Of a DNA stretch of 54,996 nucleotides, positions 35,683 to 44,226 are shown piece after piece. The stretch lies in the IMG/VR virus record IMGVR_UViG_3300037424_001001, positions 1-54,996 of that record; one strand, given 5' to 3'. Position numbers and translations under genes: made by a program. Source of the stretch: a virus (taxonomy: Duplodnaviria; Caudoviricetes). The notes beneath the pieces are model-generated. The model was not told the origin of the DNA, did no database searches, and saw nothing but the letters and a program-made list of their open reading frames with translations. The stretch's first letter is position 1. Each line of letters opens with the position of its first letter.

Positions 35683-35951
35683 CCCTTCTCGTTCACTTTT
35701 TGCCGCAGTTCTTCGACCAACTTGCGGAGATCATCATATTCCTGGGACTCCTGCGCTCGGAGGTAGGTCATCAGGACAATGACCCCCGGTAGGGCCCACA
35801 CCTTCGGGTCGGAACTCAGGGCGGCAGAAACGACAGACGGCCAGTCGATTCCCGAATTCTCGAGAACGCTGGCCGCCGTGTCAATGCCCGGGATCAGAAC
35901 GGCCAGGGCAGCAATAATCCCCTTGCGATAGGTCAAAAGAGTCTTCCCCAT
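35679..35951 (-). CDS. Small membrane protein (holin-like)
   Basis: Two hydrophobic segments and a charged C-terminus. Confidence 0.5.
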   Translation of the reverse strand: MGKTLLTYRKGIIAALAVLIPGIDTAASVLENSGIDWPSVVSAALSSDPKVWALPGVIVLMTYLRAQESQEYDDLRKLVEELRQKVNEKG

Positions 35952-35954
35952 GGA

Positions 35955-36419
35955 CTACCTTCCCGCAGCGGAGATGTCGATCATGGCGTCCTGCCGGCTG
36001 AGGTGCAATCGAATCAGCGCCAGGTCGCAGTCGGAAACGAGATTCGGATTTGTCAGCGCCTCGATGTCGGGGCCGACCAGGTAGAGAGTTGCACCGGCAA
36101 GGGTGTTTGCAATCTGCACCTTGTCCAGGACCAGAGAGACGAGCCGGGCATAGGTAATACCTCCGGTCGCTTCGATGCTTTTCCGGATATCGGAAATGAC
36201 CTTGTGGGCATCATCCGCCGAATATCCCTTGACGTTCTGCAGAGCGGTGAACTGGACGACGAGGAGCCCCCGGTCGAGCGCCTGGGGGTTGGGAATCTGG
36301 TTGAGGATGAACGAGGACTCGTTAACGCACTCGGCCGGCGGAACAAAGGGCGTCGCGGCGCAGGCAGAAAGAGAGAAGAGCATGACGGCAGCAAGGATGT
36401 ATCCGGCGAGTCGCTTCAT
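35955..36419 (-). CDS. Lipoprotein (154 aa)
   Basis: MKRLAGYILAAVMLFSLSAC lipobox; SD AAGGAG. Confidence 0.7.
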   Translation of the reverse strand: MKRLAGYILAAVMLFSLSACAATPFVPPAECVNESSFILNQIPNPQALDRGLLVVQFTALQNVKGYSADDAHKVISDIRKSIEATGGITYARLVSLVLDKVQIANTLAGATLYLVGPDIEALTNPNLVSDCDLALIRLHLSRQDAMIDISAAGR

Positions 36420-36586
36420 TGTGTAACTCCTTTTTCTAGTTCGGTTCGAGTTTGACCAGTCTGGAGGCAAGGTTCATGTCCCCTCAAGCAGTGGCAGGGG
36501 TAACAAGAGGGGTCCCGATATCGTTCCTTGCATCCGAGAACGCAGCAACGATGCTCAGTCGTGACGTTACAAAAACAGACAGGCAT
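36416..36586 (-). CDS. Cys-rich small protein (56 aa, 9 Cys)
   Basis: SD GAGGAGGG; ATGA-coupled to the lipoprotein gene. Confidence 0.55.
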   Translation of the reverse strand: MPVCFCNVTTEHRCCVLGCKERYRDPSCYPCHCLRGHEPCLQTGQTRTELEKGVTQ

Positions 36587-36599
36587 CCCTTCCCTCCTC

Positions 36600-37298
36600 T
36601 TATCTGGTGGCCTGCTGGGTCTGTCCGGAGACGCCAAGCATCTGCAGTGCCTCCTTGCGGTGATACGCGGAGCGGCCGAGATCGCCGCCGACCGCTTTTT
36701 GCCAACCGAAATACAGGGACAGGTGGATGACGGCATTGATGAAGTTGTCCGACAGCGGAAACAGCATCTCCTCGCCGAGGGCCACGGCCGCAGGGTATTC
36801 CCCTTGGAGAACTCGAACATAGTGTGGCCCGAGGATCGGCTGGGGAGGCCAAACCTGAAACCGGCGGGGCGTCCGGGGATCAATGATGTAGTTCCGCACG
36901 ATTCCCGACATGGGATCTCCCCGCCAACCGGGTCGGGTCAGGTCCATATCCATCTCGTCGACCGGCCGCGGAGCCGCGCCGAGGGTTGCCCCGTCGGCGC
37001 CGAGGTTGCAAACGATTCGAGAGAGATAAACACCGCCCTCGCCAAGGACCTGTTCGGTGCCCTTGGACAACTGCAGCGAACGCACCTGGAGAAAAGCGTC
37101 CGGGCGCAGGTCGATGCACTCTCGCAGGGCGGCGTTGAGGTTGACGATGTGCTGTGTCGCAGTCCATCGGACCTTGGCGACATCCTGCAGAACAACAGCA
37201 ACCTGGGCAACAACATCGTCAACCAGAACCCCGGAAATGGCGGTGTATGGTGCGGTTGCAACGGGCGGCGGCTCCGGTGCCTGCAGAATGATCGTCAT
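36600..37298 (-). CDS. Head-tail adaptor-like virion protein
   Basis: LQD...RW...LN.A......RPDA...F.VWPP pattern. Confidence 0.65.
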   Translation of the reverse strand: MTIILQAPEPPPVATAPYTAISGVLVDDVVAQVAVVLQDVAKVRWTATQHIVNLNAALRECIDLRPDAFLQVRSLQLSKGTEQVLGEGGVYLSRIVCNLGADGATLGAAPRPVDEMDMDLTRPGWRGDPMSGIVRNYIIDPRTPRRFQVWPPQPILGPHYVRVLQGEYPAAVALGEEMLFPLSDNFINAVIHLSLYFGWQKAVGGDLGRSAYHRKEALQMLGVSGQTQQATR

Positions 37299-37311
37299 CG
37301 TCTACGCCCCC

Positions 37312-37773
37312 TTATCCCTGTTCCTGCTGGCGCTGGTATTCGGCAAAAGCGAAATCCCGCTCGGCCGCCGAAACGGCATGACCGACCGCCTTGGACAGTT
37401 TGGCCGGAACGGGTACGCCGCCGACGGTGAAGTCGGTAGCGGGGTCCAGTGTGCCGATCGCTTCGACCAGCAGGGTCAGTTCGTTGGGGTCGAGAGTTAC
37501 ACCCGTCGCCTCATTGACTTTCGTCCCCGCCTTTGCGGAAAGAAACTCGTCGGAGTCGCCGCCGGAGACCGAAGGGAGAGTGGGCGCCTTGGGAGCAACG
37601 GGGTCGGTGGGCGCCGAGGTATCGAACAGATCTGGACGCTTGAGGCGCAGAACAGCTTCGGGGCAATCGATCAGCTTGAGCTTGTTCATGCCCTTGATCA
37701 TCAACTCGGTGGCGTTGAAGACCTGATCGTTCTCGGGGTTATACAGAAAACGGGTTTGCTTTTTCATGGTCAT
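37312..37773 (-). CDS. Hypothetical virion-associated protein
   Basis: SD AAGGAG; FT..G.P....LS..VG motif. Confidence 0.6.
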   Translation of the reverse strand: MTMKKQTRFLYNPENDQVFNATELMIKGMNKLKLIDCPEAVLRLKRPDLFDTSAPTDPVAPKAPTLPSVSGGDSDEFLSAKAGTKVNEATGVTLDPNELTLLVEAIGTLDPATDFTVGGVPVPAKLSKAVGHAVSAAERDFAFAEYQRQQEQG

Positions 37774-37801
37774 CTCCTTGAGGTGGGTGGCTTTCGCCTT
37801 T

Positions 37802-38374
37802 TTACCACTGGGTTTTGAACGTCACGACATTGAAGACATTGTTGGCCGTCGCCGCGGCCGCCAGTGTCACGGTGAGAATCCCCTTTTCGCTGGTAGCCGT
37901 TCCGCCGCTGGTGTAGGCCGTGAAGTCGGCAGAACTGGTCCCGACAAGGGTCACGGTATTGGCGTCGACCACCGTCACTTGCCAGAGCTTGCTGTTCAAC
38001 TCGACCGTGCCGACGACACCGGCAATCCACACGCGGTCCCCGGTCGCCAGGCCGTGAGCGGTCATGGTGAGGGAAACCGGGTCGGTGGTGCTCAGGGTCG
38101 CGGCGGTAATCGTCGGAGCGAGAACGGAGAGGGCCACGCTGTCGATCAACTGATCCTGATTGCTGGTCGGGTAGACGCCGACCACGGTTGCCCCCTTGCC
38201 GAGGGTCACCAGGGCAGGAGAGGCGCCGACGGTCTGACCGGCCAGCACCGTGACGGCAGAGGTGATCAGCGGAGAAGTGCCGAAGTTGACACGACCGAGG
38301 CTTTCGGCCATGGACGAACCGGCGAAGAGGAGGCAGAGAAGAAGGGTCAGAAGACAAGACTTGAATCGGATCAT
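37802..38374 (-). CDS. Putative capsid decoration protein with FCCH-like beta domain and signal-peptide-like N-terminus
   Basis: AHGLATGDRV.I.GV.G..ELN...AYTSGG; directly after the capsid gene. Confidence 0.6.
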   Translation of the reverse strand: MIRFKSCLLTLLLCLLFAGSSMAESLGRVNFGTSPLITSAVTVLAGQTVGASPALVTLGKGATVVGVYPTSNQDQLIDSVALSVLAPTITAATLSTTDPVSLTMTAHGLATGDRVWIAGVVGTVELNSKLWQVTVVDANTVTLVGTSSADFTAYTSGGTATSEKGILTVTLAAAATANNVFNVVTFKTQW

Positions 38375-38423
38375 GGGAAGCTCCTTGAATCGAAAGTTGA
38401 TGTTCCTCCGTGGGATTTCTTGT

Positions 38424-38453
38424 AAAAGTCCGGTCCCTCAGCGGGACCGGACT
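38424..38453 (-). terminator. Terminator after the major capsid gene
   Basis: Stem AGTCCGGTCCC / GGGACCGGACT with a short U-tract. Confidence 0.65.
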
Positions 38454-38471
38454 CCGTTCTACGGGTGAGGC

Positions 38472-39530
38472 TTAGACCTCGATGCAGGTACGAACCAGGG
38501 CGGGGGGATTGGCCACCTTGAAGCCGAAGACGTTCAGCCCGCGCATGGCGCTACCGAAGGTCCGCTCGAGCTTGGGCAGGTAGTCGAGCTCGGTAATCTG
38601 GCTGGCGAAGGTAATCGCGGCATTGGTGCCCGCAATGGCCTGCCAGGAGACCTTGGCCGTACCGCCATCGGTGACCTTGGCCAGGTTGTTCGAGGTGTAG
38701 AGGGTGAACCGATCGATCACCCCGAGGCGCCCGTTGCGCAGGATGGACGTTCCGTCGCCGGAGATCGAAGCATCCTTGAGGTCGGACTTTTTGATCTTGC
38801 CGCAGACGGCAGGGGGAAGAACGACCCACCGGCCGGTTTCCGGAACGTTCTGTTCGTCCAGAACGGTGCCCATGTCGACGATCAGGTCGAGGATGGTGTC
38901 CTTGGTGACCGCCAGGGGGGCCGCCTCGGTGCCGAGGTTGATGTTGCCGCTGTCGGCGCCGGCCGTTGCGCCCTGATTGGCGGCGGCGGCTCCGGCATAG
39001 ACTCCGCCGAGGACCACGCGGTCGATGGCAATCTTCATCTGTTCGGACGCATCGGCCGCCCAGATGTCCATGAGATTGACATCCGACTGCTTCTCCTCGA
39101 TCTTGTCGACTTTGAAGGCGAAGATCTTGGCGTAGTCGACGGTCATGTCGACAAGCAGCGACTCCAGGTCCTCGTAAACGATGGTATCGCCGATTTCGTA
39201 ATCGGAGATCGTCACGTCGGGACGCTGACGGATGTGGATGGTATTGCCCTTGGCCTTGATCTCGCCTTCGTAGTCGGTATTGGCGATCATGCCGAAAACG
39301 GTTGCGGCGTAGAACTTTTCCAGGAGCTTTCCGGACCAGAGCTCGGGGATGAAGACACCGGCCCGGGTCGTCGGGTAAGCGCCTGCGCCGTAAATAGCGG
39401 GGTTGTCGGCCGAGATGGCGACACCGGCAAAAAGAACGCCGCCCTCGCCGTAGCCGCAGAGCGCGCAAAACGCCCCGACGAGAAGAAAGGCCCACTGGCG
39501 GCCGGTGAAGAAGCTAAAAAGGTTTTTCAT
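38472..39530 (-). CDS. Major capsid protein
   Basis: FIPELWS...NTDYEGEI...G.TI.I, LDEQNVP..GR, RGL.VFG.KV motifs; follows the scaffold. Confidence 0.9.
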   Translation of the reverse strand: MKNLFSFFTGRQWAFLLVGAFCALCGYGEGGVLFAGVAISADNPAIYGAGAYPTTRAGVFIPELWSGKLLEKFYAATVFGMIANTDYEGEIKAKGNTIHIRQRPDVTISDYEIGDTIVYEDLESLLVDMTVDYAKIFAFKVDKIEEKQSDVNLMDIWAADASEQMKIAIDRVVLGGVYAGAAAANQGATAGADSGNINLGTEAAPLAVTKDTILDLIVDMGTVLDEQNVPETGRWVVLPPAVCGKIKKSDLKDASISGDGTSILRNGRLGVIDRFTLYTSNNLAKVTDGGTAKVSWQAIAGTNAAITFASQITELDYLPKLERTFGSAMRGLNVFGFKVANPPALVRTCIEV

Positions 39531-39548
39531 GGCAGGATCTCCTTGTTT

Positions 39549-40541
39549 TTAGCCAGGAGTGATTCGCCCGTCGCGCTGTGCGGCAAAGATGTCGCTCTCC
39601 AAGGCAGCGGCCTGTTCGGGCGAATAGAAACACTTCTGCCCGATGGAGAGCTTTCTTTTTTCCGCATAGAACGCTGCGACTTCACTCTGGCGATATTGAC
39701 GTTTTTCGGGGGCCGCATTACCGCCGCCGCCGGAATTGCCGGGCAGAACAATCTGACCGGCGCCGGGGGTGACGTGCTGCGCGCCGCCGGCCTCGGATTT
39801 TTTGAACTCGGTGAGGATGCTGTTGACGAGGGTCGCCTTGCGGCTATTCATGCCGCGCTGCAGGGCCTCGTCGTACGTCTCTTCCATGGTCGGGGGCATC
39901 AGGTTCAGCAACCATGCCTTCCACCGAAGATTCACCTCCTGCCAGTCGGGATGCGCGCCATTGACGGCAGCCCAAAAGTCCCGTTCGATCTCCTCTTTTT
40001 TCCCCTGCGCGACGCCTTGAACCTGCTCCTGGAGAGGAGCAACCTGGCTCTGAACGAAGGCGCGCATTTGCTCGGCGTATTCCGGCGAGACTTCATCACG
40101 GAAAAACTGCAGGGCCTCGTCTCCTTTGGCCGCGGTGGCCTGGGCCTGCTGCTTGAGGCGCTGGTTTTCCGCCATCAGTTCCTTGTTCGCCGTGTGAAGC
40201 GCCGGGACTTCCCGATCATACTTTCCTCGCAGGGTATTCAGGCTTTGGGTCACCTGCTGCAAGGATGCCTGCATTTGAGCGAGATCCCCCTGGGGAGAAG
40301 CGGGGCGCTGCTGCTCAACGGCAAGCGGGGCAAAAGGAGCGGTTACGGGTGCCGGCGGGGCCGGAGGCAAGGTTGCTGCCTCGGGAGCGGCCGGCGCAAC
40401 AGGCGCAGGGGGAGCGGGTGCTTCGACAGTCGGGGCAGGCGCGGCCGGCTTTGCGGTGTCGCCCTGCTGGAGATACGCCTGTCTTGCAGCTTCGCCCTTT
40501 GCGAGTTGCTTCTTGACTGAGGATGGAATCGGTGTGCTCAT
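39549..40541 (-). CDS. Capsid scaffolding protein
   Basis: Pro/Ala-rich N-terminus, coiled coil, HPDW motif, C-terminal A..DGRI. Confidence 0.75.
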   Translation of the reverse strand: MSTPIPSSVKKQLAKGEAARQAYLQQGDTAKPAAPAPTVEAPAPPAPVAPAAPEAATLPPAPPAPVTAPFAPLAVEQQRPASPQGDLAQMQASLQQVTQSLNTLRGKYDREVPALHTANKELMAENQRLKQQAQATAAKGDEALQFFRDEVSPEYAEQMRAFVQSQVAPLQEQVQGVAQGKKEEIERDFWAAVNGAHPDWQEVNLRWKAWLLNLMPPTMEETYDEALQRGMNSRKATLVNSILTEFKKSEAGGAQHVTPGAGQIVLPGNSGGGGNAAPEKRQYRQSEVAAFYAEKRKLSIGQKCFYSPEQAAALESDIFAAQRDGRITPG

Positions 40542-40555
40542 GGTGCTCCTTCCAG

Positions 40556-40652
40556 GGGCCGGCTTTACGGTCTCCCTTTTTGTGGCCGGGCCGACTTCAC
40601 GGTCTCCGTCCTGTTGTTGTGGCCACCGTACCGGGCCGGCTTTACGGTCTCC
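40556..40652. repeat. Three 20-bp direct repeats in the scaffold leader
   Basis: GGGCCGRCTTYACGGTCTCC at 40556, 40588 and 40633. Confidence 0.85.
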
Positions 40653-40659
40653 GTGGTGG

Positions 40660-40710
40660 AAAAAAGAAAAAGCCGGCAGTATCAGGGGATAATTCCCTGA
40701 TTCCGCCGGC
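40660..40710 (-). terminator. Possible terminator/attenuator upstream of the scaffold gene
   Basis: GCCGGC..ATCAGGG / CCCTGAT..GCCGGC stem with a U-tract on the minus strand. Confidence 0.5.
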
Positions 40711-40864
40711 CTCTTATTCAGATAAACCGGGTGGTGCTATAATGTGCCGTCTCTCCGGCTGTCACGCCTGCATCCAGGGGCGTTCCCTCGGGGGGTTTTT
40801 CTAATAATCCCTGATAATCAGGGCTTTCGCAACAAGTTTCAGCAAGCAGGCGCGATTGCCGGTT

Positions 40865-41158
40865 CTAGTTCAGACGTTCAATGGTTTTGCCGTCGTCGTT
40901 CATCAGGTAGATTGTCGTGTCGGCAATGATGTGCCGGGGGTTATTGTCCTTGTCCCGAAACGCAACCAAGACCATCTGCTTGTCGACCGGATCGTCGACC
41001 GGAACGATCCCACGCTCGAACCATTCGACAGTAACCTCGTCGGGGGTGTCGTCGCTGTTGAACTTCGATCTCAGCCCCACATGGGACTGAACCTCGGAGG
41101 CTCCGTCATAAAAGCGCCAACTCTCCGTGTTGCCCGTACCCTTCACCTTGATTATCAT
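40865..41158 (-). CDS. Hypothetical protein (97 aa)
   Basis: C-terminal IYLMNDDGKTIERL; SD GAGG. Confidence 0.7.
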   Translation of the reverse strand: MIIKVKGTGNTESWRFYDGASEVQSHVGLRSKFNSDDTPDEVTVEWFERGIVPVDDPVDKQMVLVAFRDKDNNPRHIIADTTIYLMNDDGKTIERLN

Positions 41159-41201
41159 GTCTGCCTCTCTTTCTGTTTGTCTGCTGCCTGCCTGCTGAAA
41201 G

Positions 41202-41375
41202 CTATTTGTTGTCCAAAGAAATTTGTTCAGTGCTGTGATACTCGAGCTTGCGCGGCTGCCCGGCGGCGAAATGAACGATCACGCTGCCATTGCATCCCTG
41301 GGCGGCGTACTGCTGCAGCTTGAGCATCAGCGTCGCCATGACGGCATCGTTGGCCTTATTGGCAGGCCCACTCAT
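41202..41375 (-). CDS. Small hypothetical protein (57 aa)
   Basis: ATGA-coupled; G.NGSV.VHF..G motif. Confidence 0.55.
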   Translation of the reverse strand: MSGPANKANDAVMATLMLKLQQYAAQGCNGSVIVHFAAGQPRKLEYHSTEQISLDNK

Positions 41376-41677
41376 CGCGGCCATCCGTCAACAAGGGGTG
41401 CCGGCGGGCGGGCCGGTCCGGCGCTGGTCGTTGTGACTTTAGCCTCTCCGGTTTCCGAGGCTTTGGCCAGGTCGATCAGGTTGGCCAGTTCGGTACGGCG
41501 CCCGTTGGCGTGATAAAGGGCATCCCCGAACATCTTGCGCGTAACCGCATCAAGGGCCGAAAGCCGGCGCGTCAGGAACGCAAAAAAGATTTTTCCATCA
41601 TGATCACACATCAACCGCGACATGGCGTCGATCTCTTCGGTGGTCGCCTTGTCCGGCGAGAGGCCGTCCTGACTCAT
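41372..41677 (-). CDS. Post-portal small protein
   Basis: DGKIFF...NGRR; coupled to the portal stop. Confidence 0.65.
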   Translation of the reverse strand: MSQDGLSPDKATTEEIDAMSRLMCDHDGKIFFAFLTRRLSALDAVTRKMFGDALYHANGRRTELANLIDLAKASETGEAKVTTTSAGPARPPAPLVDGWPR

Positions 41678-43881
41678 TGACCACCCCCCGCATGGAAGAG
41701 GCTCGTATCGGTTCCACCTGCCGGGCGGCCGCTGGCATCAGTGGCTTGCGACATGGGCGCCGGGGGCGCTGCGGGCGGTGGTGACTGTTGCCCGGGCTGC
41801 GTCTGCTGTCCGGGTTGGGCCGGCACCTGCCGAGACTGATTGTTTTTCGGGTCGACGATTGGAGCGGTTATCCCGCCCATAATCACCTCTTCAACCGGAA
41901 TGTCGGCGGCTTTCAGCACCGACTTCAGGAGATTGGCCCGACCCTCAAGGCCGGTAATCTGGATGTCGGTCGGGTTGTTAGTCTGCGCCAGAATCTCCTT
42001 GCGGCGAATCAGAAGTTGTTCCTTGATCAGCAGTTCGCTCGAGCCGAAGACCTTGACCTCCAGGTCGCCCTTGATGGTCTGGTCGGGGTTGTGCAGCATT
42101 TCATGGACGTACATCCGGTGGACATAATCCTGGATAGCCTCGTCGATATTGCGCACCACGTTTTTAATTCCGCGGGCGGCGGCATTCATCAGCATCGACA
42201 AACCGGAGGCGGTATCTCCGGCGCCGCCGACAGATTCGGAGCCGTGAGCATAGGCCGGAACGCCGCTGTGCTCGTCGGCCAGTTGTGCGACGTAGGTCAG
42301 GACACCTATCAGGGCATTTGCCGTCAGGGGTACGCTGAAAAACTGAATCGGGGCCTGATTGCTGCCAGCCATATCGTCGGTGGTCAGGTAGACCTTGCCC
42401 GGGTAAACCTGGCCGGGGACCTCTCCGGGCGCCAGGCGGTCAACCATTTCCTGAATCAGGGGTGAGGCCGACATGGCGGCGTTGTTGATCACCGACCGAT
42501 AGAGCATATTGCCGGCGTCGGCGTCATGCTTGATGGACTGCGGGATACCGCGGCCCCAAAAGCCGTCGGGGTTGGTCATCATCGAGGCGACGGAGTAGGG
42601 GCGATGGTTGAGCGGGTGCGGGTTGAGTGTGACATAGACGAGATGCCGGCCGATCAGGATGCCGACGATCTCGTATTCCTTGGTCAGGTCTTCGACCCCG
42701 GGGATATTCCAGTCAACCAGGAGGCTTCCCGGCACGGACAGGTAGCACTCCAAGCCGTCAATCTTCGTCGTGTCATAAGAGGAGAGTTGGCTGATGTTGC
42801 GGATCCGGTCGACCTCGCCGTCAGTCCACAGCCATTCCCGCAATCCGCCGGAGCGGTGTTCATAAAGAACGGCGTCGATGGCCTCCTTGCGATATCCGGG
42901 GACCCCTTTCATCTGCTCGAGTTCTCGCCGCGTGTAGCGGGTGCGCTCGATCAGGTCGCCGTCATTGGGCCCGGTCGAGTCGGCAGAGGGGTAGATGTTC
43001 AGGGGATTGACGCGGCGGGTTTCCAGCCGAAGCTTGCCGGCACGATCCGGAAGGTAGTTCCCCTTGCCGTCCTTCTTCCAACTGAGTTGCGTCACGAACC
43101 GACCGACGGGGCCCTTGAGGATGGCACAATGGTAGGTCACGATGTCGTCGATGAAGTCGCGGAGGGCAATCTGAAACCCCCCGGCGTCCAGCTTGTCGGA
43201 GATAACCCGCTGCATCTTCTCTGCGGCCGCTTTGGCCTGCGCCATCTCGGAATCTGACAGCCTGGCCTCGGCAATAACCAGGGCCTCCTCGATCACACCG
43301 CGCAGTGCGTTGAGGTCGACAGGCTGGCCGGTCTGCTGCTCGGCAATAACGGCCTGGTTGATTGCGGCCTCGCGGACTTGTTCCTGAAGACGGATCCGTT
43401 CGACGGGCGAGAGTTCGGGCGAGACGGAGGGGCGCATACCGTAAGGCAGTTGCCCGGGGTGAATCATCACGTCTTCGATCCACGCCTTGGCCGTCCGACA
43501 TTTTGTTTCGGTCATGCCAAGGTAGGCTTCACTTCCCCCTGCTGCCCGGATCTGCGCCAGTTTCTCGGGGGAGTATTCCCCCTTCCTCATTCTGGCCGAT
43601 TCGATCATTTCCGTCTCGATGGAGACCTTCGACCGTTTGGCCGACTCCCACCGGCCGCGGGCATAGGAAACGAGTTCCGGCATCAACTGAGGAGCGTTGG
43701 AATGTGCCATTTGCTGCTGGCGGAGACGTTCATTTGCTTCAGGGGAGATGATGCGGACCAGGCCAGAGGAGGAGACGCCTCCGGAGGGTGGTGCAGCGGA
43801 GGGCATAGGCGGGGATTGCATTGCCGCTGACCCCGGGAGGGGATCGGGTGGCCTGGTTGTCATGCCTATTCCTTGGCTCAT
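41674..43881 (-). CDS. Portal protein
   Basis: ~735 aa; NP.NIYP, FWGRG.P and TASG.SML motifs; start re-called to MSQGIG. Confidence 0.9.
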   Translation of the reverse strand: MSQGIGMTTRPPDPLPGSAAMQSPPMPSAAPPSGGVSSSGLVRIISPEANERLRQQQMAHSNAPQLMPELVSYARGRWESAKRSKVSIETEMIESARMRKGEYSPEKLAQIRAAGGSEAYLGMTETKCRTAKAWIEDVMIHPGQLPYGMRPSVSPELSPVERIRLQEQVREAAINQAVIAEQQTGQPVDLNALRGVIEEALVIAEARLSDSEMAQAKAAAEKMQRVISDKLDAGGFQIALRDFIDDIVTYHCAILKGPVGRFVTQLSWKKDGKGNYLPDRAGKLRLETRRVNPLNIYPSADSTGPNDGDLIERTRYTRRELEQMKGVPGYRKEAIDAVLYEHRSGGLREWLWTDGEVDRIRNISQLSSYDTTKIDGLECYLSVPGSLLVDWNIPGVEDLTKEYEIVGILIGRHLVYVTLNPHPLNHRPYSVASMMTNPDGFWGRGIPQSIKHDADAGNMLYRSVINNAAMSASPLIQEMVDRLAPGEVPGQVYPGKVYLTTDDMAGSNQAPIQFFSVPLTANALIGVLTYVAQLADEHSGVPAYAHGSESVGGAGDTASGLSMLMNAAARGIKNVVRNIDEAIQDYVHRMYVHEMLHNPDQTIKGDLEVKVFGSSELLIKEQLLIRRKEILAQTNNPTDIQITGLEGRANLLKSVLKAADIPVEEVIMGGITAPIVDPKNNQSRQVPAQPGQQTQPGQQSPPPAAPPAPMSQATDASGRPAGGTDTSLFHAGGGQ

Positions 43882-43921
43882 CGTTACCTCGTCGCGGGTG
43901 TGGGGATTGCAAATTACTCTG

Positions 43922-43950
43922 ACAGTATGGATTTTCAGCGGGTTTCGCAA
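43922..43950 (-). promoter_or_regulatory. Promoter for the morphogenesis operon, TTGCGA-N17-TACTGT
   Basis: Exact 17-bp spacing in an AT-rich divergent region. Confidence 0.6.
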
Positions 43951-43997
43951 CTAAAAATCAAAAAAGAGTCCCTGTGTGTTTTTTTGTAATTTTATTG

Positions 43998-44026
43998 TTG
44001 CGAAGATTTCAGGGGGCCGACATTAT
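43998..44026 (+). promoter_or_regulatory. Divergent promoter TTGCGA-N17-CATTAT
   Basis: Upstream of the RHH gene and replication operon. Confidence 0.55.
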
Positions 44027-44052
44027 GGTGACATGAAAGGAGGTGGTGAAAA

Positions 44053-44226
44053 ATGGGCAGAGAAGTAGACGAGTGGATGACGATTCCGATCCGAAAAGAT
44101 TTGCACCGCGCAATGAAACAGAAGGCTCTCGATGAAGGCAAGAAACTGATTCATTTGATGGATGAGGTTCTTGTTGATGCGTTGAATTTCAAGGAGGTCA
44201 GAAGTGGCAAGAATCAGGACAATTAA
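44053..44226 (+). CDS. Ribbon-helix-helix (Arc/CopG-like) regulator, 57 aa
   Basis: SD AAGGAGGT; TIPIRKDLHRAMKQKALDEGKKLIHLMDEVL. Confidence 0.7.
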   Translation: MGREVDEWMTIPIRKDLHRAMKQKALDEGKKLIHLMDEVLVDALNFKEVRSGKNQDN

